The translations under genes and the position numbers were made by a program. From Candidatus Krumholzibacteriia bacterium (GTDB lineage Bacteria; Krumholzibacteriota; Krumholzibacteriia; WVZY01), in the NCBI GenBank assembly GCA_046754105.1, contig JBHHVD010000005.1, forward strand, positions 933 through 64,932: DNA of 64,000 nucleotides, read 5' to 3'. Shown in pieces: positions 37,029 through 46,177 of the stretch. The notes below the pieces were generated by a model. That model was not told where the DNA came from and ran no database searches. It worked only from the letters and a program-made list of their open reading frames with translations. Every line of letters starts with the position of its first letter. The first letter of the stretch is position 1.

Positions 37029-38630
37029 ATGCCCGCTCGGGAATTCGCCAACTTCCTCGATTTCTATGCGCGAAGCGTAGAGCCCCTGTGCCGCGATGTG
37101 AATCTCGCCTACTGGAACGCCAGTATCTCCGGCAAGGCCGCCGACTTCGAACGCAGCGCCGAGCTGCAGGTAAAGCTGCAGCGGATATTCTCGAGCGCCG
37201 ACGATTACGAGAGCATTTGCAAATGGAGGAGCAACTCCGCCATTGCCGACCCGATCGCCCGGCGCCAGATTGAGATACTACACCATATCTATCTCCGCAA
37301 CCAGATTGACCCCGCCTTGAACGAACGCATCACGAAACTGGGCAGCAAGATCGAAAGCCAGTTCAACGTCTACCGTGCCAGGGTGAACGGCCGCGAGTCC
37401 ACAACCAACGATATTCTCAAGATCCTGCGCGAGAGCCACGATACGGAGCTGCGCAAGCAGGCGTGGACGGCCGGCAAGGAGGTCGGCGCCGTCGTCAAGG
37501 ACGACCTGCTGACTCTCGTCAAGCTCCGTAATGAGGCGGCGGTGGCGCTTGGCTACGACAATTACTATTCGATGTCCCTGGACCTGGGCGAGCAGGATGA
37601 AACGGAGATCCTCACGCTGTTTGACGATCTCGAGCGACGAATTCGTGAGCCGTTCCGGGTGCTAAAGGAGGAGACCGATCAGCATCTTGCAACCAGGTAC
37701 GGGATCCGAGCGGACGACGTGCGGCCGTGGCACTACGAGGACTTGTTCTTCCAGGAAGCCCCGAAGGTGTACGATGTCGATCTCGACGAACACTACGAAT
37801 CAAAGGAGATCCTCGACCTCGTAACGCGCTTCTACGGCAGCATAGGCCTGGACGTCGAGGACATTCTTGCGCGAAGCGATCTCTACGAGAAGCCGGGGAA
37901 GGACCAGCACGCCTACTGCACCGACATCGATCGCAAGGGTGACATCCGCATCCTTGCCAACATCAAGAACGACGAAAACTGGACGGGTACGATGCTCCAT
38001 GAACTGGGCCACGCCGTGCATGACAAGTACGTCGATCCCCGGCTCCCCTACCTGCTGCGCCAGGAAGCGCACATCTTTACCACCGAGGCGATCGCAATGT
38101 TGTTCGGACGCCTGTCGAAGAACCCGGACTGGATCTCGGAGGTCGTCGGCATACCCCGCCGGGAAAAGGAGAGGATCGCCGATGAGCTGGGGAAAAGCCT
38201 CCGCCTCCACCAGTTGATTTTCTCCAGATGGTCGCAGGTCATGGTTCGTTTTGAGCGCGAACTCTACCTCGACCCGGATCAGGACCTGAACGCCCTGTGG
38301 TGGCGCCTCGCCGAGAGATATCAGATGCTGACTCCCCCGGATGACACGGACCTGCCCCACTGGGCCTCCAAGACCCATATCGTCTCGGTGCCCGTGTACT
38401 ACCAGAACTACCTGCTTGGCGAAGTGCTCGCCTCCCAGCTGAGCCATCGCATCAAGACGCGGATTCTGCCGGAGGGCGCGTCGGGCTCCCTGAAAGGCCA
38501 CCCGGAAGTCGGTGACTATCTACGGGAGAAAATCTTTGCGCCGGGTGCGAGGGACCGCTGGGACGTAATGGTTCACCGCGCGACCGGAGAGCCGCTGTCC
38601 CCCAAGTATTTCGTTGAGGAGTTCGTATAA
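37029..38630 (+). CDS. zinc metallopeptidase, M2 (ACE-like) or M3 family
   Basis: HELGHAVH plus a downstream TEAIAMLFG glutamate. The N-terminal NLAYWNASISG resembles the ACE-type fold. Start set at MPAREFANF (ATG 37029). Confidence 0.6.
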   Translation: MPAREFANFLDFYARSVEPLCRDVNLAYWNASISGKAADFERSAELQVKLQRIFSSADDYESICKWRSNSAIADPIARRQIEILHHIYLRNQIDPALNERITKLGSKIESQFNVYRARVNGRESTTNDILKILRESHDTELRKQAWTAGKEVGAVVKDDLLTLVKLRNEAAVALGYDNYYSMSLDLGEQDETEILTLFDDLERRIREPFRVLKEETDQHLATRYGIRADDVRPWHYEDLFFQEAPKVYDVDLDEHYESKEILDLVTRFYGSIGLDVEDILARSDLYEKPGKDQHAYCTDIDRKGDIRILANIKNDENWTGTMLHELGHAVHDKYVDPRLPYLLRQEAHIFTTEAIAMLFGRLSKNPDWISEVVGIPRREKERIADELGKSLRLHQLIFSRWSQVMVRFERELYLDPDQDLNALWWRLAERYQMLTPPDDTDLPHWASKTHIVSVPVYYQNYLLGEVLASQLSHRIKTRILPEGASGSLKGHPEVGDYLREKIFAPGARDRWDVMVHRATGEPLSPKYFVEEFV

Positions 38631-38633
38631 CGG

Positions 38634-39245
38634 CTAGAGTTGCGGGACCAGATCGAACGACAAACCGACGCGAACCGGCAGATAGCCCGTGCTTTCGTTG
38701 TCCGTTATCCCGAAAACATAGAGCGCGTCGAAGAAAAGACCGATCGCCGATCCCAGCGCGATGTCGATGCCCGCACCGCCGTGGGCGCCAAACACGTGTT
38801 CGGTGTCGCGATGTATCCTGGAGCCCGGCGAGACGATGTCGTCTGTCGCCATGCGAAAGTAACCGGCTCCCAGCAGCACGTACGGCCGAAGAATGTTTTC
38901 CGACGGGAGCAGGACGTTCCACTTGAGGTTCCCGGACGCGTAGAGAACGGACACCTCTCCGCCCACGATCGACGAGGGCGCCGCGAGCTTTTGGGAAGCC
39001 AGATAGCCGCCGGCGTCCAGATCGAAGGTCGTAAAGTCCACCGTGCCCGAGATCTTCGCGGATGGTGACAACGCGATCTCGGCGCCGATGCCGCCGCCAA
39101 ACCCGAGAATGTAACCGTCGGTGAACCCATCCGGATTGAGGGGAATCGCCAGGCTGCCGTTGACCTGGATGCGCGGCCGCGAGCCGGCACGCGCGCCGCC
39201 GGCGGCAATGACCACGATCATGGCGGCGACGAACCAGGTTTTCAT
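38634..39245 (-). CDS. small outer-membrane beta-barrel protein
   Basis: Start at MKTWFVAAMIVVIAAGGARA, with GGAGGG upstream. Alternating-hydrophobicity strands. The last three residues are PQL rather than an aromatic terminus. Confidence 0.6.
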   Translation of the reverse strand: MKTWFVAAMIVVIAAGGARAGSRPRIQVNGSLAIPLNPDGFTDGYILGFGGGIGAEIALSPSAKISGTVDFTTFDLDAGGYLASQKLAAPSSIVGGEVSVLYASGNLKWNVLLPSENILRPYVLLGAGYFRMATDDIVSPGSRIHRDTEHVFGAHGGAGIDIALGSAIGLFFDALYVFGITDNESTGYLPVRVGLSFDLVPQL

Positions 39246-39413
39246 CGATTCCCTCCGGTGTGCCGATGCCGGGCAGCGACCGGTGAGATCCGGCGTGGCC
39301 GGCGGGATCCACGGACAAGAGAACTCGAAGCCACGCCGGACCGCGGACCTCGCGCTGCGCGTACCGTGTAGGCGAGAATAGCCGACCGGCTCGCGGCGTG
39401 TAAACCCCAAACG

Positions 39414-40856
39414 CTACCCTTTGATGACGCCGATCGGCCGCAACTCCGCGACTCGCCTCGTCACACCCGCCCTTTGCAGCACGTCGACCACCTGGGAGAC
39501 ATCCTTATAGGCATCGGGCATCTCTTCGGCCAGCGTGCGCCAGTTCTTGGCCATGACGGTCACACCTTTGGCCTTCAGCTCGTCCACGAGCATTTTGCCT
39601 CGGCCCCTCTTCAACGCAGCCCGCCTGCTCAACATGCGGCCGGCCCCGTGACAAGAGCTGCAGAAAGGATGCTCTTCGCCGGTCGGTGCAGCGGCGAGTA
39701 GAAACGACGCCCTCCCCATGTCACCGGGCACGAGCACCGGCTGGCCGATGGACCGGTAGCGCCCGGGAACCCGGTCGTCACCCGGCGGCAGTGCCCGCGT
39801 GGCCCCCTTCCGATGCACGCAGACTTTGAGACGGCGCCCCGCTACTTCATGCGTCTCCACCTTGGCGATGTTATGGGAAATATCGTAGACGAGCCGGAAT
39901 CCGAACTGACCCTGGTCGGAGCCCAGCGCGTCGGCCACCGCCCGCTGGGCGAGCACCATCAGGGTCTGCCGGTTGGCCCACGCGTAGTTGGACGCGGCGG
40001 CCATGGCTGCCAGGTACGACTCGCCGACCCGGGACTCCAGTGGGGCGGCCGCTAGCTGGCGGTCGGGGAGATGAAAATCGAACTGCCCGGAGCTCTTTGT
40101 CATCATCTTGAGATAGTCGGTGCACACCTGGTGCCCGAAACCGCGTGATCCGCAGTGAATCAACACCGTAATCTGATTCTTTTCCAAACCGAACGCGTGC
40201 GCGGCATCCGCTTCGAAGACCTCGGCCACGTAGCCGACCTCGAGAAAGTGGTTTCCCGACCCCAGCGACCCCAACTGGCGGCGCCCGCGGTCAACTGCCC
40301 TCGGGCTGACCGCCTCGGGGTCGGCCGTCTCCAGTGCGCCGCGCTCCTCGCAATACTCCAAATCGTCGGCCGACCCCATGCCTCGTTCGACCACGAACGC
40401 GGCACCTCGCCTCAGCGCTTTCTTGAGCGTTGCCGCGTCGAGCCTGCCAAACCCGGATTCGTGTGGCGATGCACCGCACGGGATCTTCGCGAACAACCTC
40501 GCCATCACGCCGTCGAGGCGATCGCGGATATCCTCGAGCTCGAGGTCGCACGTCATCAGGCGCACGCCGCAGTTGATATCGTAGCCCACTCCTCCCGGAG
40601 AAACAACGCCGCCTTCGTCGAACGCGGTTGCCGCCACGCCTCCGATCGGAAAACCGTACCCGAGATGAATATCGGGCATCGCCCACGAGTAGCCCACGAT
40701 CCCGGGCAGGTGGGCGACGTTGGCCACCTGCACCAGCGCGGGGTCGGAGCGCAGACCCTCCATCAGGCGATCGCTGGCGTAGATGCGCCCGGGCACACGC
40801 ATTCTCCCTTCGCGCGGTATCTCCCACAGGTGATCGTTCTTGCGGATCAGTCGCAT
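39414..40856 (-). CDS. rtcB: RNA 3'-phosphate ligase RtcB
   Basis: PDIHLGYGFPIGGV, GVGYDINCGVR, GSGNHFLE, HCGSRGFGHQ and SSCHGAGR motifs. Confidence 0.9.
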   Translation of the reverse strand: MRLIRKNDHLWEIPREGRMRVPGRIYASDRLMEGLRSDPALVQVANVAHLPGIVGYSWAMPDIHLGYGFPIGGVAATAFDEGGVVSPGGVGYDINCGVRLMTCDLELEDIRDRLDGVMARLFAKIPCGASPHESGFGRLDAATLKKALRRGAAFVVERGMGSADDLEYCEERGALETADPEAVSPRAVDRGRRQLGSLGSGNHFLEVGYVAEVFEADAAHAFGLEKNQITVLIHCGSRGFGHQVCTDYLKMMTKSSGQFDFHLPDRQLAAAPLESRVGESYLAAMAAASNYAWANRQTLMVLAQRAVADALGSDQGQFGFRLVYDISHNIAKVETHEVAGRRLKVCVHRKGATRALPPGDDRVPGRYRSIGQPVLVPGDMGRASFLLAAAPTGEEHPFCSSCHGAGRMLSRRAALKRGRGKMLVDELKAKGVTVMAKNWRTLAEEMPDAYKDVSQVVDVLQRAGVTRRVAELRPIGVIKG

Positions 40857-40862
40857 CGGCCT

Positions 40863-41705
40863 CTAGTCCTTGTCCGCGCGGGTGAGCCGGATCTCGATCG
40901 ACCCGGGGCGCCCGAGAATGTCGACGGCCCTGCCCTGGTTGGCCGCGATTTCCAGAAGGCCCCAGCTGTTCTCGATGAGGATCAGGGCTCCTTTCTCTCC
41001 GCCGGAAAAATGGCTTTGAATCCCCTCGAGCACGCGGTCGCCGTCGACCGTCGCCCGAATGGCGCTCCGGGGAGTGGTGCCGAACGCCCGTTCAACGTGA
41101 GCAGTCGTGATGTTGCTGAGGACGTTACCAAACGTGTCCACGTAACGGCTCCACCCCACTACCGACCCTTCGTCGACCGCGACGACGGGCAAATCGAGCC
41201 GCTGTATTTCCGCGGCGGGATCGGCCAGCGCGGAGACGTCGGCACCCGCCGCCAGCGCCGCCGCGGCCGGGGCGAATACGTCCCTGCCGAGAAACGTCCT
41301 GCCCCGCGCGCCGTGCCTGCGGAGGGCGGCGACCGCGTCGTCGCGGATCGTATAACAACCGTCCACTCCGAATTCGGCGGCCACGTCGCTCACCAGCCCG
41401 TTGTCCGGGGCCACCAGCCACCGGTTTCTCGAACGGACGACTATATTCCTGCGCGCGCCTCCGACACCGGGGTCGACCACGGCGAGGAAAACAGTTTCAC
41501 CGGGAAAAACGTCGAACACGCGCGCTAGGATGAAGCTACCGGTTTCGACCGCATGCGGAGGCACGTCATGGGTAATGTCGACGATGAGCGCCTGCGGATC
41601 GACGGACACGATCGCCCCCTTCAACGCCCCAACGTAGAAGCTGCCCGTACCAAAATCCGTTAGAACAGCGATGGGGTTGGCATCTGCGGTGTCGCGGCCC
41701 GACAT
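40863..41705 (-). CDS. SAM hydroxide adenosyltransferase / DUF62 (fluorinase-chlorinase fold) family protein
   Basis: VLTDFGTGSFYVGALKGAI, DITHDVPPH, VVDPGVGGARR and APDNGL motifs. Confidence 0.8.
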   Translation of the reverse strand: MSGRDTADANPIAVLTDFGTGSFYVGALKGAIVSVDPQALIVDITHDVPPHAVETGSFILARVFDVFPGETVFLAVVDPGVGGARRNIVVRSRNRWLVAPDNGLVSDVAAEFGVDGCYTIRDDAVAALRRHGARGRTFLGRDVFAPAAAALAAGADVSALADPAAEIQRLDLPVVAVDEGSVVGWSRYVDTFGNVLSNITTAHVERAFGTTPRSAIRATVDGDRVLEGIQSHFSGGEKGALILIENSWGLLEIAANQGRAVDILGRPGSIEIRLTRADKD

Positions 41706-41712
41706 GGGTCAC

Positions 41713-42555
41713 CTACGATTGTCCGGGAGCGAGTTTTTTGATGATGCGCTGGAGCCTGCTGCTTTTCTGCTTCCACTTCTTCTTGATCTCGGGTATCAGC
41801 GCCTTCGTCGTATCGTACCCCAGGTCGATCAGCTGTTCGGAGGTATCGAAATCGAACGGGCTGTACTGATCGGTATAGGGATGGATGAGAACGTCGGCCT
41901 GCTCCATCGACACAACGTAGTTGGTCTTGGCCACGAGGCCCATGATATGGATCGATAGCTGCAGGTAGTTCCGCGGGCGACGGTATATCCCGCGTTCCTG
42001 TGCGAGGTGTACGGCGATGACGAACATGTCGTCGATGTCGTGAAGCGTGCCCACCGGCAGATACTCCGCGAATCCGCCGTCGACGTAGTAATGGCCCGCT
42101 ATCTCCACCGGCAGGAAGATCTGGGGGATGCTGCAGCTCGCACGGACCACGCGGGCGACCGGCCCGGAGTTGAACACTTGTTTTCGCCCGTTCTCGAGGT
42201 TGGTGGCGACTACCGAGCACGGGATCTTGAAATCCTCGAAAGTGATGTCACCGATCACGTCCTTGATGAAATCCTCGATGCGCTTGCTCGATATGAACCC
42301 CAGGCGCGACAGGCGGATGCTGATGAGTTTTCCCCAACTCATGCCGTTCGCTACTTCGAGCATTCTCTCGAGCGGCATCCCGGAAGCGAAGAAGGAGCCC
42401 ACGACGGCGCCGCCGCTCGTCCCGGCTACGTGCGCGATCGGAATGCCTTCTTCCACGAGCGCCCTCACCACGCCGACGTGGGTGACCGACCGCGCCGTGC
42501 CTCCGCTTAGAGCCAGCCCCACCGGCAGCATCTTGTTCGTCACGCTTCCTCCCAT
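41713..42555 (-). CDS. patatin-like phospholipase
   Basis: Oxyanion-hole LSGGTARS and nucleophile elbow GTSGG. The Asp of the dyad lies in YVDGG. Confidence 0.85.
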   Translation of the reverse strand: MGGSVTNKMLPVGLALSGGTARSVTHVGVVRALVEEGIPIAHVAGTSGGAVVGSFFASGMPLERMLEVANGMSWGKLISIRLSRLGFISSKRIEDFIKDVIGDITFEDFKIPCSVVATNLENGRKQVFNSGPVARVVRASCSIPQIFLPVEIAGHYYVDGGFAEYLPVGTLHDIDDMFVIAVHLAQERGIYRRPRNYLQLSIHIMGLVAKTNYVVSMEQADVLIHPYTDQYSPFDFDTSEQLIDLGYDTTKALIPEIKKKWKQKSSRLQRIIKKLAPGQS

Positions 42556-42770
42556 TTATGAGAAAGATTTCGTCCGCGCACGGTATCTCGAAGAACGGCC
42601 GGAGTACCGCCTGCCACTGCCTCCCAACGCACCCCGTGCGCCGCGGATTACCGATGATCCTATGTCATAAGGCACAGCCGAAACAATGCAAAAAAGACCC
42701 CCGCTGGATGCGCTCTTCCTCAGCGCTTGCTACGCGGTGACGTTCCGGCATACCGGGGCAGAAACACAAT

Positions 42771-42798
42771 CAACCGGTGTGCCTGGGCACACCGGTTG
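42771..42798 (-). terminator. intrinsic terminator after the beta-barrel gene
   Basis: Perfect 12-bp stem CAACCGGTGTGC-CTGG-GCACACCGGTTG. On the minus strand it is followed by ATTGTGTTTCTG. Confidence 0.65.
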
Positions 42799-42831
42799 AC
42801 GAATGGTGACGCGGATGCGCGAGCTTCCGCG

Positions 42832-43440
42832 CTAGAATTTCAACATCACGCCGCCTTCGATCTCGGTCGTGTTGATGCCGTCGGCGGCGAAGATACGGCC
42901 GAAGCGCGCCTCTCCGTATACGGCCAGCGGAAACACCGGGGGAGAAACTCTCACACCCAGCAATCCGTGCCCGCTCGCCTTGACGCTGTTCGAGAAAAGA
43001 TCGACACCGGAGAGGGCCGGATTACCGACCAGGGCCTGCGCCAACTCGGTGTTGATCAGGTGCCAGCCCAGGCCACCACCCACATAGAGACCGAGCGGCG
43101 ACATCGGCGCCGAGATGAGGTTCTTTTTCGCCAGGGCGAGAACGTGCACGTCGCGGAACTCGAAAGTCCCGCTCACCGGCCCGGTCCCGGGATCGAACGT
43201 GTACGTCAGGTCCTTGGAAAAATAGTTCACGTGCAGCTCGAAATCGAGTATTGGAAACGTCGCCATTTCCAGTACGGCTCCGTACAAGACGGAGCTTCCC
43301 ACGTCGCCGCTGGCGGGCAAAATGTCCCCCGTGTAGTTTGCATATCCCACTTTTCCCCCGATGGACACACCGGTGAACGCGAGGGCCGGGGCCGCATAAC
43401 TCATTATGGAGACACAAAATAAAACCAGGATCTTCCTCAT
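42832..43440 (-). CDS. small outer-membrane beta-barrel protein
   Basis: Start at MRKILVLFCVSIMSYAAPALA, with GGAGG upstream. Ends in an aromatic residue (MLKF), typical of OMPs. Confidence 0.7.
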   Translation of the reverse strand: MRKILVLFCVSIMSYAAPALAFTGVSIGGKVGYANYTGDILPASGDVGSSVLYGAVLEMATFPILDFELHVNYFSKDLTYTFDPGTGPVSGTFEFRDVHVLALAKKNLISAPMSPLGLYVGGGLGWHLINTELAQALVGNPALSGVDLFSNSVKASGHGLLGVRVSPPVFPLAVYGEARFGRIFAADGINTTEIEGGVMLKF

Positions 43441-43550
43441 GATGACCTCCTTACCTTTGGAAACAAGAGGCGAGCAGCAATTTTCGCACCACAAAGTCCT
43501 TGCGCCCGTGCCCCGTCGGGGTCAGAATGCCAACTTCGAGGGGAGAGCCG

Positions 43551-43901
43551 ATGACACGCAGGACGCTGCGACTGGTCTCGATTATCGTTGTGGTGGCCGC
43601 CGCCTTTACGGTGCCCGCTCTGGGTGCGCCCGTTCCGGACCGCGATGTTCGCGTGGAAAAGAACCGGATCACGGTTCCGGAGCCGTGGAGTGTCGAGGTG
43701 CTCGAGCAGGAATTGGGGGAAACGGCGCAGAAAGCCACGTCGGCGCTCAGCGCGTGCGCACGAACCGTGGTAACGGTTGCGAAGGCCGTGGTCAGGGCCC
43801 TGCAAGCGTTGGTGCTGACCCTGGTAACGGTCCTTTTTCATCTGGCCGTGTCGCTGGTCCTGTCGCTGGGCAAGTTTTTGCTCGGTATCCTCGTGGGCTA
43901 G
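43551..43901 (+). CDS. hypothetical exported/membrane protein
   Basis: Start at MTRRTLRLVSIIVVVAAAFTVPALG. C-terminal hydrophobic stretch. No family recognised. Confidence 0.4.
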   Translation: MTRRTLRLVSIIVVVAAAFTVPALGAPVPDRDVRVEKNRITVPEPWSVEVLEQELGETAQKATSALSACARTVVTVAKAVVRALQALVLTLVTVLFHLAVSLVLSLGKFLLGILVG

Positions 43902-43908
43902 CCCGCCT

Positions 43909-44232
43909 TCATCCCCCCAGCGCGTCCTCCATGAACCCGCGGTAACCGTCCGACAGTGCCGCCAGATCCACGGCGATGATTTCGGGGACGTCGTAGCTGT
44001 GAAGAGCGGTAACGCGTTCCTCGATGGCATCGAAGTCGCCGCGCCGGGCCTTGATCAACAGCAATACCTCGTCGTCCGTTTCCACCTTGCCCTGCCAGCG
44101 ATAGATGCTTCGGCAGCCTTCGATGATATTGGCACACGCGGCCAGGGACTCACTCACGAGCGCTTCGGCGATCCTCTCCGCCTGCTCCATAGTCGAGGCG
44201 GTTACAAAGACCACTTGATAGTCGGTTTTCAC
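43909..44232 (-). CDS. cutA: divalent-cation tolerance protein CutA
   Basis: 107 aa with the CANI..., SIYRWQGKVE and SYDVPEIIA motifs. Confidence 0.9.
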   Translation of the reverse strand: MKTDYQVVFVTASTMEQAERIAEALVSESLAACANIIEGCRSIYRWQGKVETDDEVLLLIKARRGDFDAIEERVTALHSYDVPEIIAVDLAALSDGYRGFMEDALGG

Positions 44233-45029
44233 GATATTCCCACCCGGCCCATTATGAGTTCGACCAGGAAAAAGAAAACGACCCCCGATATCGCACTGAA
44301 GGAGAATCTTCTTTCCTTCAGCTTATTGAGTTCGGGTATCAGGTCGGTTGCGGCCACGTAGGTCGCGATCCCCGCGGACAGCGCCAGCGCGTAGCCGCGG
44401 TACGGTCCGAGTGCGAGCATGACGACACTCCCCAATATGGTCGCTCCCGCCAGTGCCACTGTCGAGTTCACCGCGGGCCTCGCCCCCCGGCCGGAGGCCA
44501 CCATCACCGACGCCATGGTGACACCTTCCGGAATCTTATGGAGAATCACGGCCAGCGAGATAAAGAACCCGAGCGAAGTGCTGATCATGAATCCCGAGGA
44601 AATGGAAATCCCGTCAAAAGCAGCATGGAGCATGAGCCCGACGAAGGCGGAGGTACTCACTCCGGGCTTTATTAGATGTTCGGTGTGAGTTTCCTCGCCA
44701 AAATGAAAATGCGGTGTGAACGTGTGTTCGAAGAGGTGGGCCAGTATATATCCCACGAGGATCCACAACGGCGCGTTGTCGATCAGCCCCATGCTCGTTG
44801 GGACCATTGCCAGAAACGCCGCCGCGAGCATGAATCCAGCCCCAAAGGCGATCAGGTGCGGAAGTTGCCGGTCCTTCAACCTCGACGGCAACGCCACCAC
44901 GAGGCCGCCGAGCACCGTCGCCATGGCGGCGACGATGACCAGTACGACGCTCCATTGCGACGCGTTCACTGATCCACCCTTCGCAGCGGGTCGCCCGCCG
45001 TCATACGCGGTGCCTTTCGACGACGTCAT
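44229..45029 (-). CDS. ZIP-family metal (Zn/Fe) transporter
   Basis: HKIPEGVTMA motif and His-rich loop HFHFGEETHTEH. A GTG start at 44969 (GGGTGGA upstream) is a plausible alternative. 4-nt overlap with cutA. Confidence 0.8.
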   Translation of the reverse strand: MTSSKGTAYDGGRPAAKGGSVNASQWSVVLVIVAAMATVLGGLVVALPSRLKDRQLPHLIAFGAGFMLAAAFLAMVPTSMGLIDNAPLWILVGYILAHLFEHTFTPHFHFGEETHTEHLIKPGVSTSAFVGLMLHAAFDGISISSGFMISTSLGFFISLAVILHKIPEGVTMASVMVASGRGARPAVNSTVALAGATILGSVVMLALGPYRGYALALSAGIATYVAATDLIPELNKLKERRFSFSAISGVVFFFLVELIMGRVGIS

Positions 45030-46035
45030 CCGCGGCCGGGGAAGTCATGACCGTGCGCTTCTTTTCGCCCAGTGCGAAATTAACTTCCACGACGGGCTCG
45101 TCCCGGCCGTCGCTGTAACGGGCGACCACCGCCGCAACCGTCCGCAGGTCGCCCTCGTGCAATTCCCCCATGACGATGGCGGTAGGTCCGGCGAATCCGT
45201 TGACACAGGCGGACCAGTGGTCACGCTTGTAGTGGCCGAGAAAATTGTTCTCGATCTCATCCCGGCCGACCACCACCTTGGTGAGGGGTGACAACCTGAA
45301 ATGCCTCCCGACACCCAGTACAAAAATATCCTCGGTACGCAGTGAGCCGCTGCCATCGTGCTCGATTATGTCTTTCAACTTCTCGCTGTACGCCTTGTCG
45401 GTCAGGAAACAGCATCCACCCGCCGGTTGCATGAAGCTGCCGAGCCCGTAGTGCCTCGCCAGGGCGAGTTGCCTCTTGCGGCCCCGCCCGTAGATATCGT
45501 GCAGTTTGCTGCGGTCCACAAGGCCTGCTTCCTCGACGCGCGTCACCGGCAGCAGCCTCGCTGACAACGGTCGCAGCAGGCGCCCGGCGAGATCGACCTC
45601 TTTTTCTATCGCCAGCAGCGTCGATTTCATTTGGGACTTCGGCCGCTGGCCGATCACTTCGCCGGTGAAAACGAAGTCCGCCCCGACCTTTTCCATGTGC
45701 TCCCTGGCACGTGCAAGCATGAAGATGCGACAATCGACGCACGGGTTCATGTGCTTGCCGTACCCGAACTTGGGCTTGAGCACCACCGGCAGGTAGTCCT
45801 CGGCGATGTCTACCAGGTCCACCGGTATCCCCATTTCCGCGGCGACGGTGAGCGCGTGATTGGCTATGGGGCGGTCCTTGCGCCCGACGCGGCTGTTGTG
45901 CCCGGTCACGCAAAAGCCGGTAAAGAAGTGGAGGCATGTGACGTCCGCGCCGGCGTCCCGCACGACGAGGCTGGCCAGCGCCGAGTCCAGGCCGCCGGAC
46001 AGGAGCCCTATTCCCCTGGGTCTTCGTTTGCTCAT
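45001..46035 (-). CDS. PP-loop ATP-pyrophosphatase, ThiI/MnmA-like tRNA sulfurtransferase family
   Basis: SGGLDS PP-loop at the N-terminus and conserved Cys residues (NPCVDC, GGCCF). The exact function is not resolvable from sequence. Confidence 0.6.
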   Translation of the reverse strand: MSKRRPRGIGLLSGGLDSALASLVVRDAGADVTCLHFFTGFCVTGHNSRVGRKDRPIANHALTVAAEMGIPVDLVDIAEDYLPVVLKPKFGYGKHMNPCVDCRIFMLARAREHMEKVGADFVFTGEVIGQRPKSQMKSTLLAIEKEVDLAGRLLRPLSARLLPVTRVEEAGLVDRSKLHDIYGRGRKRQLALARHYGLGSFMQPAGGCCFLTDKAYSEKLKDIIEHDGSGSLRTEDIFVLGVGRHFRLSPLTKVVVGRDEIENNFLGHYKRDHWSACVNGFAGPTAIVMGELHEGDLRTVAAVVARYSDGRDEPVVEVNFALGEKKRTVMTSPAADDVVERHRV

Positions 46036-46177
46036 GAGCGTTCCCCGACTTCGGAGACAGTAGTGTTCCACGGCAAGTTATACTAGATAACGAACGGCCG
46101 TTCAAACACAAAGGATTTCCGCGGGGAGCCCCGGCGCGATCGCCGGGGGCTCGCGCCGTCCGGCGGGCACGGGTCCG

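Noticed and set aside
40155-41528. 457-aa plus-strand ORF opposite rtcB and the DUF62 gene
   Set aside because: Shadow ORF. The opposite strand carries unmistakable RtcB and DUF62 motifs.
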